This document shows positions 45,511 through 53,590 of a stretch of DNA of 53,590 nt, one piece after another. This stretch comes from a virus. Taxonomy: Duplodnaviria; Caudoviricetes. The notes below the pieces were generated by a model that worked only from the letters and a program-made list of their open reading frames with translations, had not been told where the DNA came from and made no database searches. Within the stretch, counting starts at the first letter, position 1. Every line of letters begins with the position of its first letter. Where the stretch lies: positions 1 to 53,590 of the IMG/VR virus record IMGVR_UViG_3300046804_003838. One strand, written 5' to 3'. A program made the position numbers and the translations under genes.

Positions 45511-45721
45511 TTGTCCACTCTTTTTCTAATTTGTCTAATGTAAAACGAACAGTTCCATCATTATAATAACAATCATAAGTTTTTTCTGTTACTATCTCGT
45601 TATATTTAATGGGCCATACACCATGTAAAACATTCATAATAGTTTGACCATAACGCCACTCGAAACTATGCTCATAGTATGTTTTATCAACTAAATTCAA
45701 ATACTCTTTAAATGAGATCAT
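45500..45721 (-). CDS. hypothetical protein
   Basis: WRYGQ..MN.L...D.YY. Confidence 0.6.
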   Translation of the reverse strand: MISFKEYLNLVDKTYYEHSFEWRYGQTIMNVLHGVWPIKYNEIVTEKTYDCYYNDGTVRFTLDKLEKEWTNGY

Positions 45722-45987
45722 AGAATTGCTCCGCCATAAAATAATTCTAAGCCTACAGAGTGTATATGTCCTTCATTAGTTATGATATGAGTTTCATCAA
45801 TAATTTTTATACTTTCAGTTGTCCATAATACATGACCAACTTTCATATCATTATCAAAAAAGAAAATATTTTGTCCACTAAATTTCCAACGAGTATAATC
45901 ATGTGCTTTTCCATCATAAACTAATCGAATCATACTAACGCCATCAAATTTATTCTTATTTTTAATCCAATCAGAAAGAGTATTCAT
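45718..45987 (-). CDS. hypothetical protein
   Basis: ATGA-coupled to a 36-aa ORF at 45984..46094. Confidence 0.55.
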   Translation of the reverse strand: MNTLSDWIKNKNKFDGVSMIRLVYDGKAHDYTRWKFSGQNIFFFDNDMKVGHVLWTTESIKIIDETHIITNEGHIHSVGLELFYGGAIL

Positions 45988-46096
45988 TCTACACTGTACC
46001 ATTCTTCAAATTCCATAAGATATATTTCGGCAAATGGTTCATTCGATCCATTGATTATATTACCTAATATTGGTAGTTCTTTGTCTTCATTCATAT

Positions 46097-47155
46097 TCAA
46101 TCAATATTTCCTAATACTTCTCCGTCATTAGGATCACACAATCTTCTAATAATGCTAACATCAGAATCACCGTTAATAGTTCGAACACTACCATCAGCAA
46201 ATCCTGCCATAGCCATATCGCCAGCATGAAAACTAAATGGCTCATCATTAGGGCCACAATTATTTGTTGTCCAAAGACAAGTAGTTGGGCCACCAATAGG
46301 ATTGCTATTATTGTTTACTATTTTTCTTCCATTTGTTACAGTTTCGGTATCTGGACTTCCACTAACTCCACTAGAATTATCTGGATCAGCCCATCTATTT
46401 GGAACAGTATTACCTGATGGAAATTCTGTGGCGTTTGCTGCTACCCAATTAGAATCTCCGGATTGAATATTAACTGCTTTTCCTCCTGCTGACCTAATCC
46501 AATTAGTATTTCCACCCAATTGAGTTTGTCTTTTACCAAGATGTTGAGTATTTCTTCCAGCATCTTCAAAAAATATGACAGTTTTGCTTGTACCATCTTT
46601 TGCATGAGATACTCTTGAAGATTGATCGTATGTTAACAATCCAGACTTATAAGAATTTCGTGTTGTTCCAGAAGCCTTATTTCTACTTCCATTAGTAGGA
46701 TGAAGGTCAGTATATGCTACTGGCATATAATCATTTGACCCATAATCGCCGCCAGTTTTAGCATCAGAATAAGGATTACTTGGACAATTAAAAGCGTTAA
46801 CCTTTGCTCCTGCTAAAGTTTTATTAGTTTGATGCCAATATGGTTTCTTTTTGTCCCAATTTGATGCTAGTGATGATTCTTCCATAAAACCTAATACTTG
46901 AACATGAAAAGACTCTACATTTAGGCAATCTTTTCCAATGCTAAAATCGAATCCTTCTCCGCTAGTTGGGTATCTGCTATTTGCACTTTCATAATTAGCG
47001 GCTGCTAATCCTATTTGTCGTACATTATTTGAACAGGCACTTCTTCGTGCTGCTTCTCTGGCCGATTGAACTGCTGGTAGGAGTAGTCCTATTAAAGTGG
47101 CTATAATAGCAATAACGACTAATAGTTCTACTAATGTAAACGCTTTTCTACTCAT
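46097..47155 (-). CDS. DUF1559 prepilin-type N-terminal cleavage/methylation protein (Planctomycete family)
   Basis: RKA|[52 protein letters not shown]...FADGSV; start moved to ATG 47155. Confidence 0.92.
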   Translation of the reverse strand: MSRKAFTLVELLVVIAIIATLIGLLLPAVQSAREAARRSACSNNVRQIGLAAANYESANSRYPTSGEGFDFSIGKDCLNVESFHVQVLGFMEESSLASNWDKKKPYWHQTNKTLAGAKVNAFNCPSNPYSDAKTGGDYGSNDYMPVAYTDLHPTNGSRNKASGTTRNSYKSGLLTYDQSSRVSHAKDGTSKTVIFFEDAGRNTQHLGKRQTQLGGNTNWIRSAGGKAVNIQSGDSNWVAANATEFPSGNTVPNRWADPDNSSGVSGSPDTETVTNGRKIVNNNSNPIGGPTTCLWTTNNCGPNDEPFSFHAGDMAMAGFADGSVRTINGDSDVSIIRRLCDPNDGEVLGNID

Positions 47156-47178
47156 TATAAATTCCTTTTTAGGCGGGA

Positions 47179-47235
47179 TGTATAGAATTCTGATTATATT
47201 TGTCAATATTATACTAAAAATAGTGATATTGTCAA
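47179..47235 (-). promoter_or_regulatory. tandem sigma70-like promoters of DUF1559 gene
   Basis: TTGACA-N16-TATAAT (47235-47208), then TTGACA-N16-TATACA (47206-47179). Confidence 0.6.
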
Positions 47236-47238
47236 GGA

Positions 47239-47427
47239 CTAATTAAGTCTATAATTTTTATTATATTTTCTGGCAGGATCACGCCTTTTTGGTTTACTAT
47301 GATGAGTGATTCTTATTGTTTGTTCAACAGTATAAGGATACATATCATTATACATAACAGGCACTGTTTGTGCAACAAGAGGTTTAGATTGAGTAAAGTT
47401 ATCCCAGAGTTCTTTAAATAAATTCAT
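47239..47427 (-). CDS. hypothetical protein
   Basis: 62-aa coupled ORF. Confidence 0.5.
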   Translation of the reverse strand: MNLFKELWDNFTQSKPLVAQTVPVMYNDMYPYTVEQTIRITHHSKPKRRDPARKYNKNYRLN

Positions 47428-47642
47428 TTAATCATCCTAAAATAGTCAACAATCATTCCTGCCGTATCTGGCACATTATTTCCACCCATGTAATGACGCC
47501 CAACTATATCAAAAAGTTGGTCAATATTTTCATCCTTAAAATATTCTTTATGATACTTTGGTTTGTATTCTAAATGAATATAGTCACCAACATCATTATA
47601 AAAATCTGTAATATCTTCCATCATTCTGTCATTCATGTCCAC
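47424..47642 (-). CDS. hypothetical protein
   Basis: 72-aa coupled ORF. Confidence 0.55.
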   Translation of the reverse strand: MDMNDRMMEDITDFYNDVGDYIHLEYKPKYHKEYFKDENIDQLFDIVGRHYMGGNNVPDTAGMIVDYFRMIK

Positions 47643-48268
47643 AAATCCTTTCGTATATTAATAAGACTAATAAGCATTTTGTTATCTTCCTCATACCACT
47701 TATCTAGTTCAGGATTTTTACGTTTTGGTCTTTTCTCTGTCCACCAAACATACAAACGCTTAATCTCTTTGCAACTTTTTGCGAAAGGAGTTAGTTTGCC
47801 TTTATACTTATATTTCATTCCCCAATCTAAATAATCCAATCCGGCTTGTTTACATGATCCATTCTTGAATTTGTAAAGATGTTTAACTTGTTTGGGTTTT
47901 CCATAAATCCAAGCACATTCTGTCTCGACAAAAATTACCAATTCATTAAATAAACCATGAAGAATCCTATAATCTAGATCATAGTATTCTCCTGGCTTTA
48001 ATCCAGTGTGCAAGTAATGAAGTTTATCAACATAACGATTATTAATATAAGTCTTTATTGTATGATAAAGATCATATGGATAATATATTGTATTCTGTAA
48101 CTTTTTTAAACCAGTTTCAGCAATCCAATATCGTACAGGATGTTTTTGTTTTGCGGATTTGTGCCAACTGTCCCATTCGTTCCACCCAAGAGCAGGTGGT
48201 TTTTTGGTTCCTCTAATAAAATCAGCGAACTTTGAGCAAGTCCAGTGATGAAAACGTGGTCTAATCAT
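47633..48268 (-). CDS. hypothetical phage protein
   Basis: 211 aa, Trp-rich; FNELVIFVETE, GLDYLDW. Confidence 0.7.
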   Translation of the reverse strand: MIRPRFHHWTCSKFADFIRGTKKPPALGWNEWDSWHKSAKQKHPVRYWIAETGLKKLQNTIYYPYDLYHTIKTYINNRYVDKLHYLHTGLKPGEYYDLDYRILHGLFNELVIFVETECAWIYGKPKQVKHLYKFKNGSCKQAGLDYLDWGMKYKYKGKLTPFAKSCKEIKRLYVWWTEKRPKRKNPELDKWYEEDNKMLISLINIRKDLWT

Positions 48269-48334
48269 ATATGAATATTAATTTTCTTCAAGAAATATAT
48301 TAGTGTTCGTGCCAGTATAATCCCCAGGCTAACC

Positions 48335-48475
48335 TCAAATATTTTGGATAGACTCAGGTATAACATAACTCTTTGACTTTCTTTGGTATCCTAGAAATAC
48401 TTGGCTAGTTATAACCCCCATACCGGCTACGAGGGTTACAACTATGCCAACTATAAATATGGCAAAATTGCTCAT
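48335..48475 (-). CDS. small membrane protein (46 aa)
   Basis: Manual: MSNFAIFIVGIVVTLVAGMGVITSQVFLGY...; ATGA overlap. Confidence 0.6.
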   Translation of the reverse strand: MSNFAIFIVGIVVTLVAGMGVITSQVFLGYQRKSKSYVIPESIQNI

Positions 48476-48630
48476 TTCAGCAAATTCCCCAGACTAAGAA
48501 TACTGGGAACCCACAGGCCCACAAAAATAGCCTGATGCTTATTTACGTCAGCATCTCCCAAGAACCATAGCGTAACACTAAAAACAAAACTACCAAAAGC
48601 CGCCAATAGAAAATAATTCTCACTCTTCAT
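48472..48630 (-). CDS. small two-TM membrane protein
   Basis: SVTLWF...AIFVGLWVPSIL; start moved to ATG 48630. Confidence 0.6.
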   Translation of the reverse strand: MKSENYFLLAAFGSFVFSVTLWFLGDADVNKHQAIFVGLWVPSILSLGNLLK

Positions 48631-48652
48631 AAGTAAATCAACCTTTCTTAAT

Positions 48653-48835
48653 TTAAGTTCTAATTTCTCTGAGTATTTTTCGTGCCAACGCAGCACCACC
48701 CACTATCCTTCCTTCTGTATAATCGTCCAAACCATACCCAACGGTACTTTCTCTTTTCTTCTGTTTCTCTATTGCTTCAAGACACAATTTTTCCACAGTA
48801 AGTTTAAGTTGATCGTACTGTTTTGTATTTTTCAT
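48653..48835 (-). CDS. hypothetical protein
   Basis: 60-aa coupled ORF. Confidence 0.55.
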   Translation of the reverse strand: MKNTKQYDQLKLTVEKLCLEAIEKQKKRESTVGYGLDDYTEGRIVGGAALARKILREIRT

Positions 48836-49233
48836 TCTTGTACCATTTGTCCATCACGAACATTATAATAAACCACCTTACCAGATGATCTAATATATGC
48901 TCGTCCACCATCAATCATATTTCCGCTATGAAAACTTTTATAATCGTGATGAAATTGAGAATACTGTAAATCTCCATCATCATCTTCTACCATAGCAAAA
49001 GTTAGTTTTTCTACATCATCAGCATTACCAATATAAATTTTACCATCATGCACTCTTATAGAAAAGTATCTATTACCAAATGATGGATGAGGAGTTTCTC
49101 TATAAAAAATATCTGCTGGACTATCATCACTATTTAAATCGGTGGTGCAAACATAGGTGATTGGAACATTGTCTTTTTGAGAATAATGCTCAATTACTTT
49201 ATTAATATCGGTAATAGGAAAATGCCTAATCAT
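48832..49233 (-). CDS. hypothetical phage protein
   Basis: PHPSFGNRYF, YS..HDY, MIDGGRAY. Confidence 0.7.
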   Translation of the reverse strand: MIRHFPITDINKVIEHYSQKDNVPITYVCTTDLNSDDSPADIFYRETPHPSFGNRYFSIRVHDGKIYIGNADDVEKLTFAMVEDDDGDLQYSQFHHDYKSFHSGNMIDGGRAYIRSSGKVVYYNVRDGQMVQE

Positions 49234-49346
49234 TTAATTTTATTGCTTCCTTTGATATATTTTGGAATATAGGGGCAATTTAAACATTTTCGCCCACAAC
49301 ATTCTCCTCTACTAATTAAAAATTCTCTAGTTAACGGTTGGCTCAT
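49230..49346 (-). CDS. DUF5522-like Cys-rich mini-protein (38 aa)
   Basis: Manual: MSQPLTREFLISRGECCGRKCLNCPYIPK...; RG.CCG..C..CPY motif; ATGA overlap. Confidence 0.7.
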   Translation of the reverse strand: MSQPLTREFLISRGECCGRKCLNCPYIPKYIKGSNKIK

Positions 49347-49554
49347 CTTTGTATCCATCAAGTTTATAAACCTGAGTAAAAGTATCAAACAACTTATCAG
49401 TATGAAGTTTGAGCATAACTGCTAGACCATCAATAGCATTAACAATTTCGTCATTTGTCATACCAATTTCAAGAACTCCATAACTAATATCATTAAGAGT
49501 ATCGACAAAATGATAAGTCTGATTGATTTTATTTTCCAAATCGAAGCGATCCAT
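49327..49554 (-). CDS. hypothetical early protein
   Basis: AAGGAG SD before ATG 49554 (MDRFDLE); no TTA or ATA codons. Confidence 0.65.
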   Translation of the reverse strand: MDRFDLENKINQTYHFVDTLNDISYGVLEIGMTNDEIVNAIDGLAVMLKLHTDKLFDTFTQVYKLDGYKDEPTVN

Positions 49555-49570
49555 AGTATCTCCTTTAGCC

Positions 49571-49810
49571 TCAGTATACCATACCATCGGCAATTGTCAA
49601 TCCTGCTCTTGATCTTTTTTCCAAATCTTTTACTTTGTCGTGAAGTAAACTAAATTGTTCTTCAGTAATAAGTTCTATAGTAATAAGTCTATTAATAGAA
49701 TCATTCATTACTTTTAGTCGTTCATTTTGAACATAAACTATATTAAAGAATAATCCTATACTAAAATATACTATAAGAATAAGACAGAAATTTATATTAT
49801 CTTTCTTCAT
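49571..49810 (-). CDS. membrane-anchored hypothetical protein
   Basis: N-terminal TM plus coiled coil. Confidence 0.55.
   Translation of the reverse strand: MKKDNINFCLILIVYFSIGLFFNIVYVQNERLKVMNDSINRLITIELITEEQFSLLHDKVKDLEKRSRAGLTIADGMVY
49573..49600 (-). promoter_or_regulatory. early-type promoter
   Basis: TTGACA-ATTGCCGATGGTATGG-TATACT. Confidence 0.75.
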
Positions 49811-50015
49811 TTAAATTCACCGTTATTTCTACTCCATCAAATTCGGTCACATAATGACAGTCTTGTGGATATTGAGAAGGAATTTGTCTTTGAGTTAGTT
49901 TAAACTTTACGTCAAATATTCCACTAATCCCCTGAGAATCATAGAGTTGTTTAATCAACAAATCTTTTGTATCCTCAACAGTTAATGTTATATGTTTTTT
50001 ATTACTTATTTTCAT
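49797..50015 (-). CDS. hypothetical protein
   Basis: 72-aa coupled ORF. Confidence 0.55.
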   Translation of the reverse strand: MKISNKKHITLTVEDTKDLLIKQLYDSQGISGIFDVKFKLTQRQIPSQYPQDCHYVTEFDGVEITVNLNEER

Positions 50016-50671
50016 ATTTCCTCTTGTTTTATAAATTCAATATCCCAGCGATTCAGCCTATGTTGTTTATATCCATATTCTATTAAATAATTTGATATAT
50101 TATTTATATAATCTTGAGATCTATCTCCATGTTCTATTGTCATGAATTTAATATCAATCATTGAAAAATTGAATCCTTGTAATACTTCTAATTCTGCTCC
50201 CTCTACATCAAGACTCATATAGTCTATTGATAAGGGTAAATTATAATAATTTTCAATAATACTTGTAACTGTTTTAGACTGAACCGTTACTATTGATTTA
50301 CTTTCATTGAAATGATTAACAAAATGTTGTTGATTGTTATTTAGTTCTGCTACTCTTGATAAAAGATTCCCAGGTATTCCATTGAAGCAAGAATCTGATA
50401 CCTCTAGTTGTATCTCACCTTCAGATTTCCATGCCGCACAATTAACAATTACAGAGTTTGGTCTATTTAAAGATAATTTATTAATTAGATTTGGATTGGC
50501 TTCTATACATATTCCTTTCCAATCATAATGGAATTCTAGGGCAGCAGTATTACTATCCGTTATACCATCATTTGCACCTATATCTAAAAAAATACCATTC
50601 TTTTTATATTTAGATATGTTTTCAATATAATATTGATCTTGAGCTATTTGACTATAATACTGTTTACTCAT
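50012..50671 (-). CDS. FkbM-family methyltransferase
   Basis: YSQ..QD, FLDIGANDG..SNT, W.G.CIEAN, IDYMSLDVEGAE. Confidence 0.88.
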   Translation of the reverse strand: MSKQYYSQIAQDQYYIENISKYKKNGIFLDIGANDGITDSNTAALEFHYDWKGICIEANPNLINKLSLNRPNSVIVNCAAWKSEGEIQLEVSDSCFNGIPGNLLSRVAELNNNQQHFVNHFNESKSIVTVQSKTVTSIIENYYNLPLSIDYMSLDVEGAELEVLQGFNFSMIDIKFMTIEHGDRSQDYINNISNYLIEYGYKQHRLNRWDIEFIKQEEI

Positions 50672-51974
50672 TTATAATTTGTCCACGGTATGAGTTACTA
50701 AAAAAGTAGTTAGAAAATAATTTTCTATATAAATTAGGATCATCTAGAATCGCATTACACATTGATATATAATATTCTAAAAGATTTCTTTCTTTTACAA
50801 AACGAATAAATTCGTCAATAGTGTCATGTATAATTTTAATATATTCAATACTATTTTCATTTTCATTACGAACAAAAACACCATCTTTATAATCTATTAA
50901 TGTTCCGACAGTATCTCTATTGAGTAATTCTATATAATCATCCATTGTATGCTCACAAGAATATGACAATTGATCATATTTTGGGGCTGATTGATTATAA
51001 CACAAAAGATGAACTCTAGGCAACTTGCCTATAGCCTTTGTATACAAATCTCTACCAGACTTGAAAGCCCCATTTAAATCAATAATAATACTTTGATCTG
51101 TATAAATGTTTTTTACATATTCTATGTATTCTTCATTATGGTTTTGATTAATTAATCTACTATTTTCATAGATAACAGTATTTATTTCAGGGAAAAAACA
51201 GTAAAATAATTTTTGCAGCAAGCAACAATCTCTGGTAACGAATAAAATTTTATCTAGATTTTCTTTTTCTATGATGCTTCTAATTTGACAACAAAAAACA
51301 GATAAAATTAAAATATTTGATTTACATTGCTCATTATATAATTCGTATTCAAAAGTATGTTCGCAATAACTATTTTTAAGTCTGAACTCTCTAATTATAT
51401 TTGCTAAGTCTAAATGAATTTCATTTTCTAGTTTAGTAAATTGATGGGCAGAGGTATGAACTGTTTTTATTCCATACTGATTTGCCATATGAATATCAGA
51501 ATGTGGATTGTCACCTGTATGAATATTAATCTTATATTTTTCTAATAATTTTTGATAAATATATCCTTGATGTTTTCCATCCTTAGAAACATAAACTTCT
51601 GTATTTTTATTCAAGCCAACAGTTTTCAAGAAAAGTTTTAATGTATTTTCGTCTAGATACATATCAGATACTATTATATCTGAATCTTGGACTCTAGAAA
51701 TATTAGTTTGTATTGGTATAATATTTTCTAATTCTGTAAGTATCTCAATTTGTTTTATTCTTTCTTTTTCTTCCTCAGTAATATTTTCAATTCTTGCATA
51801 GTGATTATATATATCGTCTAAAGTCCCATTAGATGATATTTCCGCTCTAACTCTATTTGAAGCAAAATTTGATATTTGATATTTATATTCTATAATAGAA
51901 AAAATATCTATTGGTTTCTTTACTTTTCGTGTTAGTAGAGTATCGAATATGTCAAAAGAATTTACATTCTGCAT
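50664..51974 (-). CDS. HAD-superfamily hydrolase (surface-glycan associated type)
   Basis: SFDIFDTLL, SDMY, K..G, HTGDN..SD, FVTRD. Confidence 0.78.
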   Translation of the reverse strand: MQNVNSFDIFDTLLTRKVKKPIDIFSIIEYKYQISNFASNRVRAEISSNGTLDDIYNHYARIENITEEEKERIKQIEILTELENIIPIQTNISRVQDSDIIVSDMYLDENTLKLFLKTVGLNKNTEVYVSKDGKHQGYIYQKLLEKYKINIHTGDNPHSDIHMANQYGIKTVHTSAHQFTKLENEIHLDLANIIREFRLKNSYCEHTFEYELYNEQCKSNILILSVFCCQIRSIIEKENLDKILFVTRDCCLLQKLFYCFFPEINTVIYENSRLINQNHNEEYIEYVKNIYTDQSIIIDLNGAFKSGRDLYTKAIGKLPRVHLLCYNQSAPKYDQLSYSCEHTMDDYIELLNRDTVGTLIDYKDGVFVRNENENSIEYIKIIHDTIDEFIRFVKERNLLEYYISMCNAILDDPNLYRKLFSNYFFSNSYRGQIINE

Positions 51975-51975
51975 T

Positions 51976-52119
51976 TTAGTTATTTGTTATTGTTTTTAAC
52001 TTTTTCTCTATATTATCTAATGTTTTAACAACAGCCCCACTAAGGGCATAGTCTTTTTTATATGATAGTAAGGCATCCAGTATCTTCCAAGCCTCATTTT
52101 TACTAATATCAATTTGCAT
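51976..52119 (-). CDS. small hypothetical protein (47 aa)
   Basis: Manual ORF MQIDISKNEAWKILDAL... filling the gap. Confidence 0.5.
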   Translation of the reverse strand: MQIDISKNEAWKILDALLSYKKDYALSGAVVKTLDNIEKKLKTITNN

Positions 52120-52450
52120 CTAAATTCTCCAAGTATCCTTGTGTTTGTGGTTCGCCGTATTCATCATAGGATGCTGTCATTTCGTTTCTGTGCCACTTTT
52201 TTACTTCTGCTAGTGCTTCCGTAAGACTATCAAAATAGTGGCTTCTGGACGGGCCTAGAACGTATGAATATATTTCAACTCCGGTAACTTTACATTCACA
52301 ATCTTTATCTTTCCAGTAGTCTCCAAAATCTAAACCAATATGTCCTTCACTAATTTTACAGTGGCCGTCACTGAACTCAAAATAATGGTCATATGCTTCT
52401 TTAAGAAGTTTTCGTATCTGTATTAGTTTTTCAAAATCTTTTGTGTTCAT
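52109..52450 (-). CDS. hypothetical protein
   Basis: 113-aa ORF. Confidence 0.6.
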   Translation of the reverse strand: MNTKDFEKLIQIRKLLKEAYDHYFEFSDGHCKISEGHIGLDFGDYWKDKDCECKVTGVEIYSYVLGPSRSHYFDSLTEALAEVKKWHRNEMTASYDEYGEPQTQGYLENLDAN

Positions 52451-52614
52451 ACGAATAATCTGTCTTTTAGTAATTCTGAAATAGTTTTATTAATATTAAT
52501 TCCATTTACAATAATCTCTTTATCAGAATCATATTCATCAATTTCCATATATTTCATAGCATTATTGAAACACCAAAAGATAGCAAACTTTTGTTCAGTT
52601 GTTAGGTTCGTCAT
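52447..52614 (-). CDS. small hypothetical protein (55 aa)
   Basis: Manual ORF MTNLTTEQKFAIFW...; ATGA overlap. Confidence 0.55.
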   Translation of the reverse strand: MTNLTTEQKFAIFWCFNNAMKYMEIDEYDSDKEIIVNGININKTISELLKDRLFV

Positions 52615-52618
52615 TTGG

Positions 52619-53188
52619 TTACTTTATTTTTTCTGGATTAACTATTGCTTTCCATGATGCTATCATATTCCATGTATGGTCTGGTAATAATCTATAATGA
52701 AAGTAGTTTATATCAATAATTTTTCCTTCTTTTACTCTAATATCTGCTACTTTAAAATCCTCAAAAGTTTCTGGATTTTCTATTGGGCCACTTTCATATT
52801 TTCCATGCTCAACCCATGTTTGGGTAAGGTCTTTAACATTAAGATTAAGATTGCCTCTCATTACTGGCATGAAATAACCTTTGCGACCAACTGGCTGAAC
52901 AACATCACCATACATAACCCATTCATCGCAATATTCAAAATATTCTAACTCTATGCTTTTTATGGGAACAACTTCTGTGCGTCCCCAAGGATGAATACTT
53001 TCAACATTGCCAGTAATTTCTGTTGATGTTATTGTTTGTCGATCAACTGGTTTGGGTTTGATATTTTTTTTGATATTCTCTTTGTATCCAAAACCTAAAA
53101 CTACCCCTAACAGTATTAGAGATATGATTAAAAAAACTACTATTAATGTAAATATTAATTCCATTTTATTATCATCTCTCATAATCAT
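52619..53188 (-). CDS. membrane-anchored hypothetical protein
   Basis: N-terminal TM; 189 aa. Confidence 0.6.
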   Translation of the reverse strand: MIMRDDNKMELIFTLIVVFLIISLILLGVVLGFGYKENIKKNIKPKPVDRQTITSTEITGNVESIHPWGRTEVVPIKSIELEYFEYCDEWVMYGDVVQPVGRKGYFMPVMRGNLNLNVKDLTQTWVEHGKYESGPIENPETFEDFKVADIRVKEGKIIDINYFHYRLLPDHTWNMIASWKAIVNPEKIK

Positions 53189-53427
53189 TGTTCTTCTAGT
53201 TCTTCTCCGGTATTATAGTCAAGTACGGGCTTTTTACAAGCCTCTAACATTCTTTCTAAACTCCATTGTAATGATTCAACATCATCTCCCGTAGGAAATG
53301 ATAGTCTACCAATATTAACAATATCTAGATTTTCATCAAGATATACATCATGAATTTCATAAGTAATATCAGTTTCGCCAAGAGGAATCTTGGTTACTTT
53401 TTTAATGACACGGTAATTCCAACTCAT
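53185..53427 (-). CDS. hypothetical phage protein
   Basis: MSWNYRV...YEIH.VY...L..M.EA..KP. Confidence 0.7.
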   Translation of the reverse strand: MSWNYRVIKKVTKIPLGETDITYEIHDVYLDENLDIVNIGRLSFPTGDDVESLQWSLERMLEACKKPVLDYNTGEELEEQ

Positions 53428-53590
53428 ATCATTCTTTCTACCTTTCCACTAGGCCCATTAATGATTTCCAATATTGCTCTCATATTCATGTCAACATCAT
53501 AAGCAAACTCAGCAAATTCACTATTGTGATAGTCTGCCTTGGAAGCAATTTCTTGTACATCTATAACAATAGTTTTAATATCGTTTATAT
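53424..53590 (-). CDS. hypothetical protein, C-terminal part
   Basis: Open frame from window edge ending in ATGA overlap at 53424. Confidence 0.5.
   Translation of the reverse strand, partial: INDIKTIVIDVQEIASKADYHNSEFAEFAYDVDMNMRAILEIINGPSGKVERMI

Noticed and set aside
53212-53223. TTGAC and TATAAT adjacent on the minus strand
   Set aside because: No spacer between the boxes, and it lies in coding sequence (LDYN); not a promoter
1-53590. CRISPR array, IS element or integrase
   Set aside because: No regularly spaced direct repeats, transposase or recombinase motifs seen; the recurring TTGACA..CCGAT motif is dispersed and promoter-like
1-53590. Stop-codon reassignment as in some jumbo phages
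   Set aside because: Conserved genes are full length in code 11; TAA, TGA and TAG all occur as stops, and no suppressor tRNA was seen

Overview
AT-rich, gene-dense segment of a large (jumbo-type) dsDNA phage genome; all genes but one are on the minus strand, and many are translationally coupled. A DUF1559 prepilin-type gene suggests a Planctomycete host (inference). Recognisable content: recombination/repair genes (RecA/UvsX partial, RuvB, EndoVII, ATP-dependent ligase, UvsE, HhH glycosylase-like), nucleotide metabolism (class II RNR, dCMP deaminase, ThyX, GuaC, PhoH), a possible lysis/envelope block with a papain-like peptidase and holin-like proteins, ClpP next to an apparently inactive DeoC, a sigma-factor-like protein, a ferritin, glycosyltransferases, SET, macro, kinase and trypsin proteins, an actin homologue, and rIIA/rIIB. 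The ORF track misses four RNA genes: tRNA-Leu(UAA) split by a group I intron with a convergent HNH gene abutting its 3' end, a tmRNA (tag AGETQLALAA), tRNA-Ile(UAU), and an unexplained tRNA-like RNA after rIIB. Two promoter classes are visible: TTGACA-N16/17-TAnnnT, often with a GCCGAT spacer box, and RGTGTA(T/A). The most striking pattern is that genes directly behind the GCCGAT-type promoters almost entirely avoid TTA and ATA codons, while other genes use them heavily. These are the two codons read by the phage tRNAs, which suggests a tRNA-gated early-to-late translation switch. All family calls come from motif recognition by eye; no database searches were run.
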